Shown here: piece after piece, positions 24,977 to 38,900 of the stretch
Numbering within the stretch: the stretch's first letter is position 1
Layout of the letters: each line of letters begins with the position of its first letter
NCBI GenBank assembly: GCA_965235115.1
Contig: OZ249436.1
Coordinates: 44,270,001-44,334,000 of the forward strand
Reading direction: 5' to 3'
Length of the DNA: 64,000 nucleotides
DNA from: Laetmonice hystrix
Lineage: Eukaryota
Program-made: the position numbers and the translations under genes
The notes under the pieces: model-generated
The model's database searches: none
Seen by the model: only the letters and a program-made list of their open reading frames with translations
What the model was told of the DNA's origin: nothing

Positions 24977-25308
24977 GAGAACACAGTTAGATTACACGGA
25001 ACACGGTCAGAGTACACGGAACACGGTCCGAGTACACGGAACATCGTCCGAGTACACGGAACACGGTCAGAGTACACGGTCAGAGTACACAGAAAACAGT
25101 CAGAGTACATGGAATACGGTCAGAGTACACGGAACACGGTCCGAGTACACGGAACACGGTCAGAGCACATGGAACACGGTCAGAGTACACGGAACACGGC
25201 CAGAGCGGAACACGGTCAGAGTACATAGAACACGGTTAGAGTACACGGAACATGGTCAGAATACACAAAACACAGTCAGAGTACACGGAACATAGAGTAC
25301 ACGGAACA
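24977..25308. repeat. About 20-bp degenerate tandem repeat at branch-point region
   Basis: Unit GAACACGGTCAGAGTACACG, about 16 copies, followed by a short C-rich 30-bp repeat to about 25400. Confidence 0.9.
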
Positions 25309-25730
25309 CCGCACCCCCTCCCCACCGCACCCCCACCCACTGCACGGCTCCCCACCGCACCCCCACCCACTGCACGGCTCCCCACCGCACCCCTCCCCAC
25401 CCCTCCATTACTCAGGCACCCCAGCCTTGAAGACGTCCAGTGCAAGGACGAAAGCTTAAACTAGTTACTAGGTACTATGGCACTAGGTGCATTTACTCGT
25501 ACGAGGCTTCCCACTGGGCCGCAGTCCGTGGTTTGTACTGATTTACAATGAAGATAAACAATCCAACCAAGGTGAGCGGTTTAAAACGAGGTGGACAACC
25601 TTCTCGTGGATCTGATCCACGCTGCCCGCACCCATGTACACATAAGCCACTTTTCTCTCCAGGTTAATACCCCAATTAGCGGTCGCTGTCGTCAAAGTTA
25701 ACGGCGAGCTGGTCACCAAAATCTACCTAC

Positions 25731-25897
25731 ATGATGAGCGTATGTTTTTCGCGGCGCCTCAGCTCCGAGTCGTCTGAGAAGAGGATGGTATGGTATGGTT
25801 GGGGTAAGTCGGTGTTGGGCAGGATGCCACGGGCCGTAGCTGGCGGTAGGGATTGTCTCAGGGTGCCGTTATATACCAGCAGGTCGTCAACCAGCAG
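25731..25897 (-). CDS. KATNIP: KATNIP exon
   Basis: ctacag acceptor, gtaggt donor. Encodes LLVDDLLVYNGTL...RGILPNTDLPQPYHTILFSDD. Phases 0/2. Confidence 0.92.
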
Positions 25898-25922
25898 CTG
25901 TAGGGGTAAAAAATGGGGGTTA

Positions 25923-28900
25923 ATACCGGGGGTACAGAATGAAGGGTCGTACCCAGTAAGCTGGACGGACGGCAGGCCAACATTTAGACAGATACCGGGG
26001 GTGCAGAATGAAGGGTCGTACCCAGTAAGCTGGACGGACGGCAGGCCAACATTTAGACTGATACCGGGGGTACAGAATGAAGGGTCGTACCCAGTAAGCT
26101 GGACGGACGGCAGGCCAACATTTAGACAGATACCGGGGGTACAGAATGAAGGGTCGTACCCAGTAAGCTGGACGGACGGCAGGCCAACATTTAGACAGAT
26201 ACCGAGGGTGCAGAATGAAGGGTCGTACCCAGTAAGCTGGACGGACGGCAGGCCAACATTTAGACAGATACCGGGGGTGCAGAATGAAGGGTCGTACCCA
26301 GTAAGCTGGACGGACGGCAGGCCAACATTTAGACAGATACCGGGGGTACAGAATGAAGGGTCGTACCCAGTAAGCTGGACGGACGGCAGGCCAACATTTA
26401 GACAGATACCGGGGGTACAGAATGAAGGGTCGTACCCAGTAAGCTGGACGGACGGCAGGCCAACATTTAGACAGATACCGGGGGTACAGAATGAAGGGTC
26501 GTACCCAGTAAGCTGGACGGACGGCAGGCCAACATTTAGACAGATACCGGGGGTACAGAATGAAGGGTCGTACCCAGTAAGCTGGACGGACGGCAGGCCA
26601 ACATTTAGACAGATACCGGGGGTACAGAATGAAGGGTCGTACCCAGTAAGCTGGACGGACGGCAGGCCAACATTTAGACAGATACCGGGGGTACAGAATG
26701 AAGGGTCGTACCCAGTAAGCTGGACGGACGGCAGGCCAACATTTAGACAGATACCGGGGGTGCAGAATGAAGGGTCGTACCCAGTAAGCTGGACGGACGG
26801 CAGGCCAACATTTAGACAGATACCGGGGGTACAGAATGAAGGGTCGTACCCAGTAAGCTGGACGGACGGCAGGCCAACATTTAGACAGATACCGAGGGTG
26901 CAGAATGAAGGGTCGTACCCAGTAAGCTGGACGGACGGCAGGCCAACATTTAGACAGATACCGGGGGTACAGAATGAAGGGTCGTACCCAGTAAGCTGGA
27001 CGGACGGCAGGCCAACATTTAGACAGATACCGGGGGTGCAGAATGAAGGGTCGTACCCAGTAAGCTGGACGGACGGCAGGCCAACATTTAGACAGATACC
27101 GGGGGTACAGAATGAAGGGTCGTACCCAGTAAGCTGGACGGACGGCAGGCCAACATTTAGACAGATACCGGGGGTACAGAATGAAGGGTCGTACCCAGTA
27201 AGCTGGACGGACGGCAGGCCAACATTTAGACAGATACCGGGGGTACAGAATGAAGGGTCGTACCCAGTAAGCTGGACGGACGGCAGGCCAACATTTAGAC
27301 AGATACCGGGGGTACAGAATGAAGGGTCGTACCCAGTAAGCTGGACGGACGGCAGGCCAACATTTAGACAGATACCGAGGGTGCAGAATGAAGGGTCGTA
27401 CCCAGTAAGCTGGACGGACGGCAGGCCAACATTTAGACAGATACCGGGGGTACAGAATGAAGGGTCGTACCCAGTAAGCTGGACGGACGGCAGGCCAACA
27501 TTTAGACAGATACCGGGGGTACAGAATGAAGGGTCGTACCCAGTAAGCTGGACGGACGGCAGGCCAACATTTAGACAGATACCGGGGGTACAGAATGAAG
27601 GGTCGTACCCAGTAAGCTGGACGGACGGCAGGCCAACATTTAGACAGATACCGGGGGTACAGAATGAAGGGTCGTACCCAGTAAGCTGGACGGACGGCAG
27701 GCCAACATTTAGACAGATACCGGGGGTACAGAATGAAGGGTCGTACCCAGTAAGCTGGACGGACGGCAGGCCAACATTTAGACAGATACCGGGGGTACAG
27801 AATGAAGGGTCGTACCCAGTAAGCTGGACGGACGGCAGGCCAACATTTAGACAGATACCGGGGGTGCAGAATGAAGGGTCGTACCCAGTAAGCTGGACGG
27901 ACGGCAGGCCAACATTTAGACAGATACCGGGGGTACAGAATGAAGGGTCGTACCCAGTAAGCTGGACGGACGGCAGGCCAACATTTAGACAGATACCGGG
28001 GGTGCAGAATGAAGGGTCGTACCCAGTAAGCTGGACGGACGGCAGGCCAACATTTAGACAGATACCGGGGGTGCAGAATGAAGGGTCGTACCCAGTAAGC
28101 TGGACGGACGGCAGGCCAACATTTAGACAGATACCGGGGGTACAGAATGAAGGGTCGTACCCAGTAAGCTGGACGGACGGCAGGCCAACATTTAGACAGA
28201 TACCGGGGGTACAGAATGAAGGGTCGTACCCAGTAAGCTGGACGGACGGCAGGCCAACATTTAGACAGATACCGGGGGTGCAGAATGAAGGGTCGTACCC
28301 AGTAAGCTGGACGGACGGCAGGCCAACATTTAGACAGATACCGGGGGTACAGAATGAAGGGTCGTACCCAGTAAGCTGGACGGACGGCAGGCCAACATTT
28401 AGACAGATACCGGGGGTACAGAATGAAGGGTCGTACCCAGTAAGCTGGACGGACGGCAGGCCAACATTTAGACAGATACCGGGGGTACAGAATGAAGGGT
28501 CGTACCCAGTAAGCTGGACGGACGGCAGGCCAACATTTAGACAGATACCGGGGGTACAGAATGAAGGGTCGTACCCAGTAAGCTGGACGGACGGCAGGCC
28601 AACATTTAGACAGATACCGGGGGTACAGAATGAAGGGTCGTACCCAGTAAGCTGGACGGACGGCAGGCCAACATTTAGACAGATACCGGGGGTACAGAAT
28701 GAAGGGTCGTACCCAGTAAGCTGGACGGACGGCAGGCCAACATTTAGACAGATACCGGGGGTACAGAATGAAGGGTCGTACCCAGTAAGCTGGACGGACG
28801 GCAGGCCAACATTTAGACAGATACCGGGGGTACAGAATGAAGGGTCGTACCCAGTAAGCTGGACGGACGGCAGGCCAACATTTAGACAGATACCGGGGGT

Positions 28901-31900
28901 ACAGAATGAAGGGTCGTACCCAGTAAGCTGGACGGACGGCAGGCCAACATTTAGACAGATACCGGGGGTGCAGAATGAAGGGTCGTACCCAGTAAGCTGG
29001 ACGGACGGCAGGCCAACATTTAGACAGATACCGGGGGTGCAGAATGAAGGGTCGTACCCAGTAAGCTGGACGGACGGCAGGCCAACATTTAGACAGATAC
29101 CGGGGGTACAGAATGAAGGGTCGTACCCAGTAAGCTGGACGGACGGCAGGCCAACATTTAGACAGATACCGGGGGTACAGAATGAAGGGTCGTACCCAGT
29201 AAGCTGGACGGACGGCAGGCCAACATTTAGACAGATACCGGGGGTACAGAATGAAGGGTCGTACCCAGTAAGCTGGACGGACGGCAGGCCAACATTTAGA
29301 CAGATACCGGGGGTACAGAATGAAGGGTCGTACCCAGTAAGCTGGACGGACGGCAGGCCAACATTTAGACTGATACCGAGGGTGCAGAATGAAGGGTCGT
29401 ACCCAGTAAGCTGGACGGACGGCAGGCCAACATTTAGACAGATACCGGGGGTACAGAATGAAGGGTCGTACCCAGTAAGCTGGACGGACGGCAGGCCAAC
29501 ATTTAGACAGATACCGGGGGTGCAGAATGAAGGGTCGTACCCAGTAAGCTGGACGGACGGCAGGCCAACATTTAGACAGATACCGGGGGTACAGAATGAA
29601 GGGTCGTACCCAGTAAGCTGGACGGACGGCAGGCCAACATTTAGACAGATACCGGGGGTGCAGAATGAAGGGTCGTACCCAGTAAGCTGGACGGACGGCA
29701 GGCCAACATTTAGACAGATACCGGGGGTACAGAATGAAGGGTCGTACCCAGTAAGCTGGACGGACGGCAGGCCAACATTTAGACAGATACCGGGGGTACA
29801 GAATGAAGGGTCGTACCCAGTAAGCTGGACGGACGGCAGGCCAACATTTAGACAGATACCGGGGGTACAGAATGAAGGGTCGTACCCAGTAAGCTGGACG
29901 GACGGCAGGCCAACATTTAGACAGATACCGGGGGTACAGAATGAAGGGTCGTACCCAGTAAGCTGGACGGACGGCAGGCCAACATTTAGACAGATACCGG
30001 GGGTACAGAATGAAGGGTCGTACCCAGTAAGCTGGACGGACGGCAGGCCAACATTTAGACAGATACCGGGGGTACAGAATGAAGGGTCGTACCCAGTAAG
30101 CTGGACGGACGGCAGGCCAACATTTAGACAGATACCGAGGGTGCAGAATGAAGGGTCGTACCCAGTAAGCTGGACGGACGGCAGGCCAACATTTAGACAG
30201 ATACCGGGGGTACAGAATGAAGGGTCGTACCCAGTAAGCTGGACGGACGGCAGGCCAACATTTAGACAGATACCGGGGGTACAGAATGAAGGGTCGTACC
30301 CAGTAAGCTGGACGGACGGCAGGCCAACATTTAGACAGATACCGGGGGTGCAGAATGAAGGGTCGTACCCAGTAAGCTGGACGGACGGCAGGCCAACATT
30401 TAGACAGATACCGGGGGTACAGAATGAAGGGTCGTACCCAGTAAGCTGGACGGACGGCAGGCCAACATTTAGACAGATACCGGGGGTACAGAATGAAGGG
30501 TCGTACCCAGTAAGCTGGACGGACGGCAGGCCAACATTTAGACAGATACCGGGGGTACAGAATGAAGGGTCGTACCCAGTAAGCTGGACGGACGGCAGGC
30601 CAACATTTAGACAGATACCGGGGGTGCAGAATGAAGGGTCGTACCCAGTAAGCTGGACGGACGGCAGGCCAACATTTAGACAGATACCGGGGGTGCAGAA
30701 TGAAGGGTCGTACCCAGTAAGCTGGACGGACGGCAGGCCAACATTTAGACAGATACCGGGGGTACAGAATGAAGGGTCGTACCCAGTAAGCTGGACGGAC
30801 GGCAGGCCAACATTTAGACAGATACCGGGGGTACAGAATGAAGGGTCGTACCCAGTAAGCTGGACGGACGGCAGGCCAACATTTAGACAGATACCGGGGG
30901 TACAGAATGAAGGGTCGTACCCAGTAAGCTGGACGGACGGCAGGCCAACATTTAGACAGATACCGGGGGTACAGAATGAAGGGTCGTACCCAGTAAGCTG
31001 GACGGACGGCAGGCCAACATTTAGACAGATACCGGGGGTACAGAATGAAGGGTCGTACCCAGTAAGCTGGACGGACGGCAGGCCAACATTTAGACAGATA
31101 CCGGGGGTGCAGAATGAAGGGTCGTACCCAGTAAGCTGGACGGACGGCAGGCCAACATTTAGACAGATACCGGGGGTGCAGAATGAAGGGTCGTACCCAG
31201 TAAGCTGGACGGACGGCAGGCCAACATTTAGACAGATACCGAGGGTGCAGAATGAAGGGTCGTACCCAGTAAGCTGGACGGACGGCAGGCCAACATTTAG
31301 ACAGATACCGGGGGTACAGAATGAAGGGTCGTACCCAGTAAGCTGGACGGACGGCAGGCCAACATTTAGACAGATACCGGGGGTACAGAATGAAGGGTCG
31401 TACCCAGTAAGCTGGACGGACGGCAGGCCAACATTTAGACAGATACCGGGGGTACAGAATGAAGGGTCGTACCCAGTAAGCTGGACGGACGGCAGGCCAA
31501 CATTTAGACAGATACCGGGGGTACAGAATGAAGGGTCGTACCCAGTAAGCTGGACGGACGGCAGGCCAACATTTAGACAGATACCGGGGGTACAGAATGA
31601 AGGGTCGTACCCAGTAAGCTGGACGGACGGCAGGCCAACATTTAGACAGATACCGGGGGTACAGAATGAAGGGTCGTACCCAGTAAGCTGGACGGACGGC
31701 AGGCCAACATTTAGACAGATACCGGGGGTACAGAATGAAGGGTCGTACCCAGTAAGCTGGACGGACGGCAGGCCAACATTTAGACAGATACCGGGGGTAC
31801 AGAATGAAGGGTCGTACCCAGTAAGCTGGACGGACGGCAGGCCAACATTTAGACAGATACCGGGGGTGCAGAATGAAGGGTCGTACCCAGTAAGCTGGAC

Positions 31901-33568
31901 GGACGGCAGGCCAACATTTAGACAGATACCGGGGGTGCAGAATGAAGGGTCGTACCCAGTAAGCTGGACGGACGGCAGGCCAACATTTAGACAGATACCG
32001 GGGGTACAGAATGAAGGGTCGTACCCAGTAAGCTGGACGGACGGCAGGCCAACATTTAGACAGATACCGGGGGTACAGAATGAAGGGTCGTACCCAGTAA
32101 GCTGGACGGACGGCAGGCCAACATTTAGACAGATACCGGGGGTACAGAATGAAGGGTCGTACCCAGTAAGCTGGACGGACGGCAGGCCAACATTTAGACA
32201 GATACCGGGGGTACAGAATGAAGGGTCGTACCCAGTAAGCTGGACGGACGGCAGGCCAACATTTAGACAGATACCGGGGGTGCAGAATGAAGGGTCGTAC
32301 CCAGTAAGCTGGACGGACGGCAGGCCAACATTTAGACAGATACCGGGGGTACAGAATGAAGGGTCGTACCCAGTAAGCTGGACGGACGGCAGGCCAACAT
32401 TTAGACAGATACCGGGGGTACAGAATGAAGGGTCGTACCCAGTAAGCTGGACGGACGGCAGGCCAACATTTAGACAGATACCGGGGGTGCAAAATGAAGG
32501 GTCGTACCCAGTAAGCTGGACGGACGGCAGGCCAACATTTAGACAGATACCGGGGGTGCAGAATGAAGGGTCGTACCCAGTAAGCTGGACGGACGGCAGG
32601 CCAACATTTAGACAGATACCGGGGGTACAGAATGAAGGGTCGTACCCAGTAAGCTGGACGGACGGCAGGCCAACATTTAGACAGATACCGGGGGTACAGA
32701 ATGAAGGGTCGTACCCAGTAAGCTGGACGGACGGCAGGCCAACATTTAGACAGATACCGGGGGTACAGAATGAAGGGTCGTACCCAGTAAGCTGGACGGA
32801 CGGCAGGCCAACATTTAGACAGATACCGGGGGTACAGAATGAAGGGTCGTACCCAGTAAGCTGGACGGACGGCAGGCCAACATTTAGACAGATACCGGGG
32901 GTACAGAATGAAGGGTCGTACCCAGTAAGCTGGACGGACGGCAGGCCAACATTTAGACAGATACCGGGGGTACAGAATGAAGGGTCGTACCCAGTAAGCT
33001 GGACGGACGGCAGGCCAACATTTAGACAGATACCGGGGGTACAGAATGAAGGGTCGTACCCAGTAAGCTGGACGGACGGCAGGCCAACATTTAGACAGAT
33101 ACCGGGGGTGCAGAATGAAGGGTCGTACCCAGTAAGCTGGACGGACGGCAGGCCAACATTTAGACAGATACCGGGGGTACAGAATGAAGGGTCGTACCCA
33201 GTAAGCTGGACGGACGGCAGGCCAACATTTAGACAGATACCGGGGGTACAGAATGAAGGGTCGTACCCAGTAAGCTGGACGGACGGCAGGCCAACATTTA
33301 GACAGATACCGGGGGTACAGAATGAAGGGTCGTACCCAGTAAGCTGGACGGACGGCAGGCCAACATTTAGACAGATACCGAGGGTGCAGAATGAAGGGTC
33401 GTACCCAGTAAGCTGGACGGACGGCAGGCCAACATTTAGACAGATACCGGGGGTACAGAATGAAGGGTCGTACCCAGTAAGCTGGACGGACGGCAGGCCA
33501 ACATTTAGACAGATACCGGGGGTGCAGAATGAAGGGTCGTACCCAGTAAGCTGGACGGATTTAGACAG
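25923..33568. repeat. 69-bp tandem repeat, about 111 near-identical copies
   Basis: Unit ATACCGGGGGT(A/G)CAGAATGAAGGGTCGTACCCAGTAAGCTGGACGGACGGCAGGCCAACATTTAGACAG. Confidence 0.98.
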
Positions 33569-34039
33569 AGTATTAAGTTTGATACATTCTGCAATATATT
33601 TATATGTCCTCCCACTTTAGATAGTTAATTTATCTATGTCCAGTGTAATGGGACCAAGCACACTGATGAATTCGTATAATCGGCTGATTGTCTGGCCAAC
33701 TTAATGGCAGTCATTTAATGGCAGTCAATGGCAGGTGATCAGGCAGGGAGGATGGTGGGCCGGGGGCGGGGGGGGGCAGGACCGGGGGTGAGTGAACGCT
33801 GGGGGCGCGGGCGGAGAGATGGCGGCGGGCTGGGGAGGGGGCGGAAGGCTCGCGGGGGTATAGTGGGCGTGGGTGGGGGTTGGGGGTTGGGGGGGGGGGG
33901 GTTGGCACTCCTACATTCTTAACCATAATATTTCAAAGTTCTTTGAAAAACACTTAGGGCCTATGTTGATAGTCACTTTAATTTCGCAGGGCCATTATAT
34001 CCGGTTTTTAAATACTATACTTTGGATGAGGTAACTCAC

Positions 34040-34281
34040 CGCGAAGTCCTTCACTCCCCGGTTGGGTGTCTTGCTGTAGTTCCACAGTTTAATCATGGCC
34101 ACTTCCATGGGTTGATCAAAGATCACGTACACACGATTAAGTATTCCAGGCAGGACGGGTGCTAGCCACATACTCTTACCGTCCGTGGCTGTGTTAACTC
34201 CATTGATGAGTTTATCTGGAGTTCGCAGGTCTCCCTCCACACCTTCCAGAACATTCACACTGTCCGGGTACGCTGAGATGT
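34040..34281 (-). CDS. KATNIP: KATNIP exon
   Basis: ttgtag acceptor, gtgagt donor. Encodes NISAYPDSVNVLEGVEGDLRTPDKLINGVN...MWLAPVLPG...IKLWNYSKTPNRGVKDFA. Phases 1/0. Confidence 0.95.
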
Positions 34282-35254
34282 CTACAACACAAAATATTTC
34301 CTGCCTAATTAAATCGGATCACGGATTTTTATCCCCTCGTACACTCTTCCGTTTTTTAATAGAACATACATCTAGTGCCTCTCCGAGAATTTCAGGAAGG
34401 CAGGGTAATATGTCAAGGAAGCGGCATGTTTTGTGCTGGACAAGCGAGTGTGAGAGACACAGGGGCAAGCACCAGAGGCATGAAGTGTTATCGAGAAGGA
34501 TCTGGGTTATGCGACCCACGAAACATAGAAAAAGGAAATCGAAGTTTTCTGTTCTTTCCCCCTAAAATTGGTGCTTAGGATTGACCAATTATGAAAATTG
34601 TGAAAATTAGTGCTTTGGATTGATCAATTATGGTATTGTATAATGTGTGTAGATGGTATTTTTAAATATGGCAGTATGTTGCAGTATTAAAAAATGTGGC
34701 AGTATTAAAATACTGAACTGCTTCATTGAGGTCTCTGTAATGAGAGCTGGGTCATTTCCTGAACAATTCGGGGTGAAAAGCATGCCAGGGGCTGCTACTA
34801 GAGGCAGGAGCGCTATCTGACAGGGGCAGGGCATTCATTAAAAGGGCAGAGCGACTGCTTGTGAAGGCAGTTCGCCGCACCCTATTATATTCTCACTAGG
34901 AGAGGCACTGAACTATACACGATCTAGAAAACACTCATGCTGAATAATCCCCCCCCCCTTTTTTATTGTAATCTGGAAAGCCTGAGTAACGTATCTAACA
35001 TCAACATAATTACAGTCCGCCCATTAACACTGACAATTATCAAACACCCTCCACTTCTCCCGTTCCCTCAATCAACCCTACAGTTATCAGGCTCCCCTCA
35101 GTCAGAGCTGACGCTGACCGACGAAGGTAAGCCGGTATTATTAGACCTGTAGCCTTTTCAAGCTCACTACATGTGTCATATAGGCGTATATCTACTTCTA
35201 CGATTATACCCAATACACTGGTAACACCGCCATGTCCCACGAGTACAGTGACCA

Positions 35255-35420
35255 AATGACGTCACACATCTCCACACAATGACGTCACACATCTCCACAC
35301 AATGACGTCACAAATCTCCACACAATGACGTCACACATCTCCACACAATGACGTCACAAATCTCCAACAATGAAGTCACAAATCTCCACACAATGACGTC
35401 ACAAATCTCCACACAATGAA
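35255..35420. repeat. 23-bp tandem repeat, about 7 copies, containing the CRE palindrome TGACGTCA
   Basis: Unit AATGACGTCACACATCTCCACAC. Confidence 0.9.
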
Positions 35421-35906
35421 GTTATATGAATTGGCACGATGTTATCGTCCGACTTCCCTATAATAAACGGATGGCGACCGTTCAGAGGCCGGTCTTACGA
35501 CGGTCATGACTGTCATTACATTGTACAGAAATCACCAGGCGGTTCCTGACTTATTACGTTGACGCTGACCTTGCTAAGATGGACCTCACACATCTCCATA
35601 TTTCCCAAATTACGTTAAGGCCGGTCTGGTGCCGAACCAACCCACCCACCCGTCCCTGCGTGCTGCCTGCCTCCCTCGCCGGAATTACCGCTTTTATGTC
35701 TATGTCACATGGAAGCGTTTCCATTTGAAGGCCTACGTTTCGTAGTCATAGATACATGGAAACGCAGAGGAAATGGGCATACACGCTCGAATCGGAAACG
35801 GAAAACGGAAACATAGACATGGAATCGCCGCTTGACATCAGCTAACTAGTAACGCAGACGTTGGTGCTGAGTTGGAGCGCTGAGTAGGCTATCATGGTTG
35901 ATCATG

Positions 35907-38900
35907 GTCAGCCGGAGGGACACTTACTGTTGCGAGTCAGCTGGAGGGGTACTTACTGTTGAGTCAGCTGGAGGGGTACTTACTGTTGTGAGTCAGCTGG
36001 AGGGGTGCTTACTGTTGAGTCAGCTGGAGGGGTACTTACTGTTGAGTCAGCTGGAGGGTACTTACTGTTGAGTCAGCTGGAGGGGTACTTACTGTTGAGT
36101 CAGCTGGATGGGTACTTACTGTTGTGAGTCAGCCGGAGGGACACTTACTGTTGTGAGTCAGCCGGAGGGACACTTACTGTTGTGAGTCAGCTGGTGGGGC
36201 ACTTACTGTTGTGAGTCAGCTGGAGGGTACTTACTGTTGAGTCAGCTGGAGGGGTACTTACTGTTGCGAGTCAGCTGGAGGGGTACTTACTGTTGTGAGT
36301 CAGCTGGAGGGGTACTTACTGTTGAGTCAGCTGGAGGGGTACTTACTGTTGAGTCAGCTGGAGGAGTACTTACTGTTGACAGTCAGCTGGAGGGGTACTT
36401 ACTGCTGAGTCAGCTGGAGGGGTACTTACTGTTGTGAGTCAGCCGGAGGGACACTTACTGTTGTGAGCCAGCTGGTGGGGCACTTACTGTTGTGAGTCAG
36501 CTGGAGGGTACTTACTGTTGAGTCAGCTGGAGGGGTACTTACTGTTGTGAGTCAGCTGGAGGAGTACTTACTGTTGTGAGTCAGCTGGAGGGGTGCTTAC
36601 TGTTGAGTCAGCTGGAGGGGTACTTACTGTTGAGTCAGCTGGAGGGTACTTACTGTTGAGTCAGCTGGAGGGGTACTTACTGTTGAGTCAGCTGGATGGG
36701 TACTTACTGTTGTGAGTCAGCCGAAGGGACACTTACTGTTGTGAGTCAGCCGGAGGGACACTTACTGTTGTGAGTCAGCTGGTGGGGCACTTACTGTTGT
36801 GAGTCAGCTGGAGGGTACTTACTGTTGAGTCAGCTGGAGGGGTACTTACTGTTGCGAGTCAGCTGGAGGGGTACTTACTGTTGTGAGTCAGCTGGAGGGG
36901 TACTTACTGTTGAGTCAGCTGGAGGGGTACTTACTGTTGAGTCAGCTGGAGGAGTACTTACTGTTGACAGTCAGCTGGAGGGGTACTTACTGCTGAGTCA
37001 GCTGGAGGGGTACTTACTGTTGTGAGTCAGCCGGAGGGACACTTACTGTTGTGAGCCAGCTGGTGGAGGAGTACTTACTGTTGACAGTCAGCTGGAGGGG
37101 TACTTACTGCTGAGTCAGCTGGAGGGGTACTTACTGTTGTGAGTCAGCCGGAGGGACACTTACTGTTGTGAGCCAGCTGGTGGGGCACTTACTGTTGTGA
37201 GCCAGCTGGTGGGGCACTTACTGTTGTGAGTCAGCTGGAGGGTACTTACTGTTGAGTCAGCTGGAGGAGTACTTACTGTTGTGAGTCAGCTGGAGGGGTA
37301 CTTACTGTTGTGAGTCAGCTGGAGGGGTACTTACTGTTGTGAGTCAGCTGGAGGGGTACTTACTGCTGTGAGTCAGCTGGAGGGGTACTTACTGCTGTGA
37401 GTCAGCTGGAGGGGTACTTACTGTTGAGTCAGCTGGAGGAGTACTTACTGTTGAGTCAGCTGGAGGGGTACTTACTGTTGAGTCAGCTGGAGGGGTACTT
37501 ACTGTTGAGTCAGCTGGAGGGATACTTACTGTTGTGAGTCAGCTGGAGGGGTACTTACTGTTGAGTCAGCTGGAGGGGTACTTACTGTTGCGAGTAAGCT
37601 GGAGGGGTACTTACTGTTGTGAGTCAGCTGGAGGGGTACTTACTGTTGAGTCAGCTGGAGGAGTACTTACTGTTGTGAGTCAGCTGGAGGGGTACTTACT
37701 GTTGAGTCATCTGGAGGGGTACTTACTGTTGTGAGTCAGCTGGAGGGGTACTTACTGTTGTGAGTCAGCTGGAAGGGGGCTTACTGTTGAGTCAGCTGGA
37801 GGGGTACTTACTGTTGTGAGTCAGCTGGAGGGGTACTTACTGTTGTGAGTCAGCTGGAGGGGTACTTACTGTTGAGTCAGCTGGAGGGGTACTTACTGTT
37901 GTGAGTCAGCTGGAGGGGTACTTACTGTTGTGAGTCAGCTGGAGGGGTACTTACTGTTGAGTCAGCTGGAGGGGTACTTACTGTTGTGAGTCAGCTGGAG
38001 GGGTACTTACTGTTGTGAGTCAGCTGGAGGAGTACTTACTGTTGTGAGTCAGCTGGAGGGGTGCTTACTGTTGAGTCAGCTGGAGGGGTACTTACTGTTG
38101 AGTCAGCTGAAGGGTACTTACTGTTGAGTCAGCTGGAGGGGTACTTACTGTTGAGTCAGCTGGATGGGTACTTACTGTTGTGAGTCAGCCGAAGGGACAC
38201 TTACTGTTGTGAGTCAGCCGGAGGGACACTTACTGTTGTGAGTCAGCTGGTGGGGCACTTACTGTTGTGAGTCAGCCGGAGGGACACTTACTGTTGTGAG
38301 CCAGCTGGTGGGGCACTTACTGTTGTGAGCCAGCTGGTGGGGCACTTACTGTTGTGAGTCAGCTGGAGGGTACTTACTGTTGAGTCAGCTGGAGGAGTAC
38401 TTACTGTTGTGAGTCAGCTGGAGGGGTACTTACTGTTGTGAGTCAGCTGGAGGGGTACTTACTGTTGTGAGTCAGCTGGAGGGGTACTTACTGCTGTGAG
38501 TCAGCTGGAGGGGTACTTACTGCTGTGAGTCAGCTGGAGGGGTACTTACTGTTGAGTCAGCTGGAGGAGTACTTACTGTTGAGTCAGCTGGAGGGGTACT
38601 TACTGTTGAGTCAGCTGGAGGGGTACTTACTGTTGAGTCAGCTGGAGGGATACTTACTGTTGTGAGTCAGCTGGAGGAGTACTTACTGTTGAGTCAGCTT
38701 GAGGGGTACTTACTGTTGCGAGTAAGCTGGAAGGGTACTTACTGTTGTGAGTCAGCTGGAGGGGTACTTACTGTTGAGTCAGCTGGAGGAGTACTTACTG
38801 TTGTGAGTCAGCTGGAGGGGTACTTACTGTTGAGTCATCTGGAGGGGTACTTACTGTTGTGAGTCAGCTGGAGGGGTACTTACTGTTGTGAGTCAGCTGG

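Noticed and set aside
25731..33620. 2629-aa (+) and 2190-aa (-) ORFs
   Set aside because: Translations of a 69-bp (multiple of 3) tandem repeat inside a KATNIP intron. The + ORF starts antisense to a real exon.
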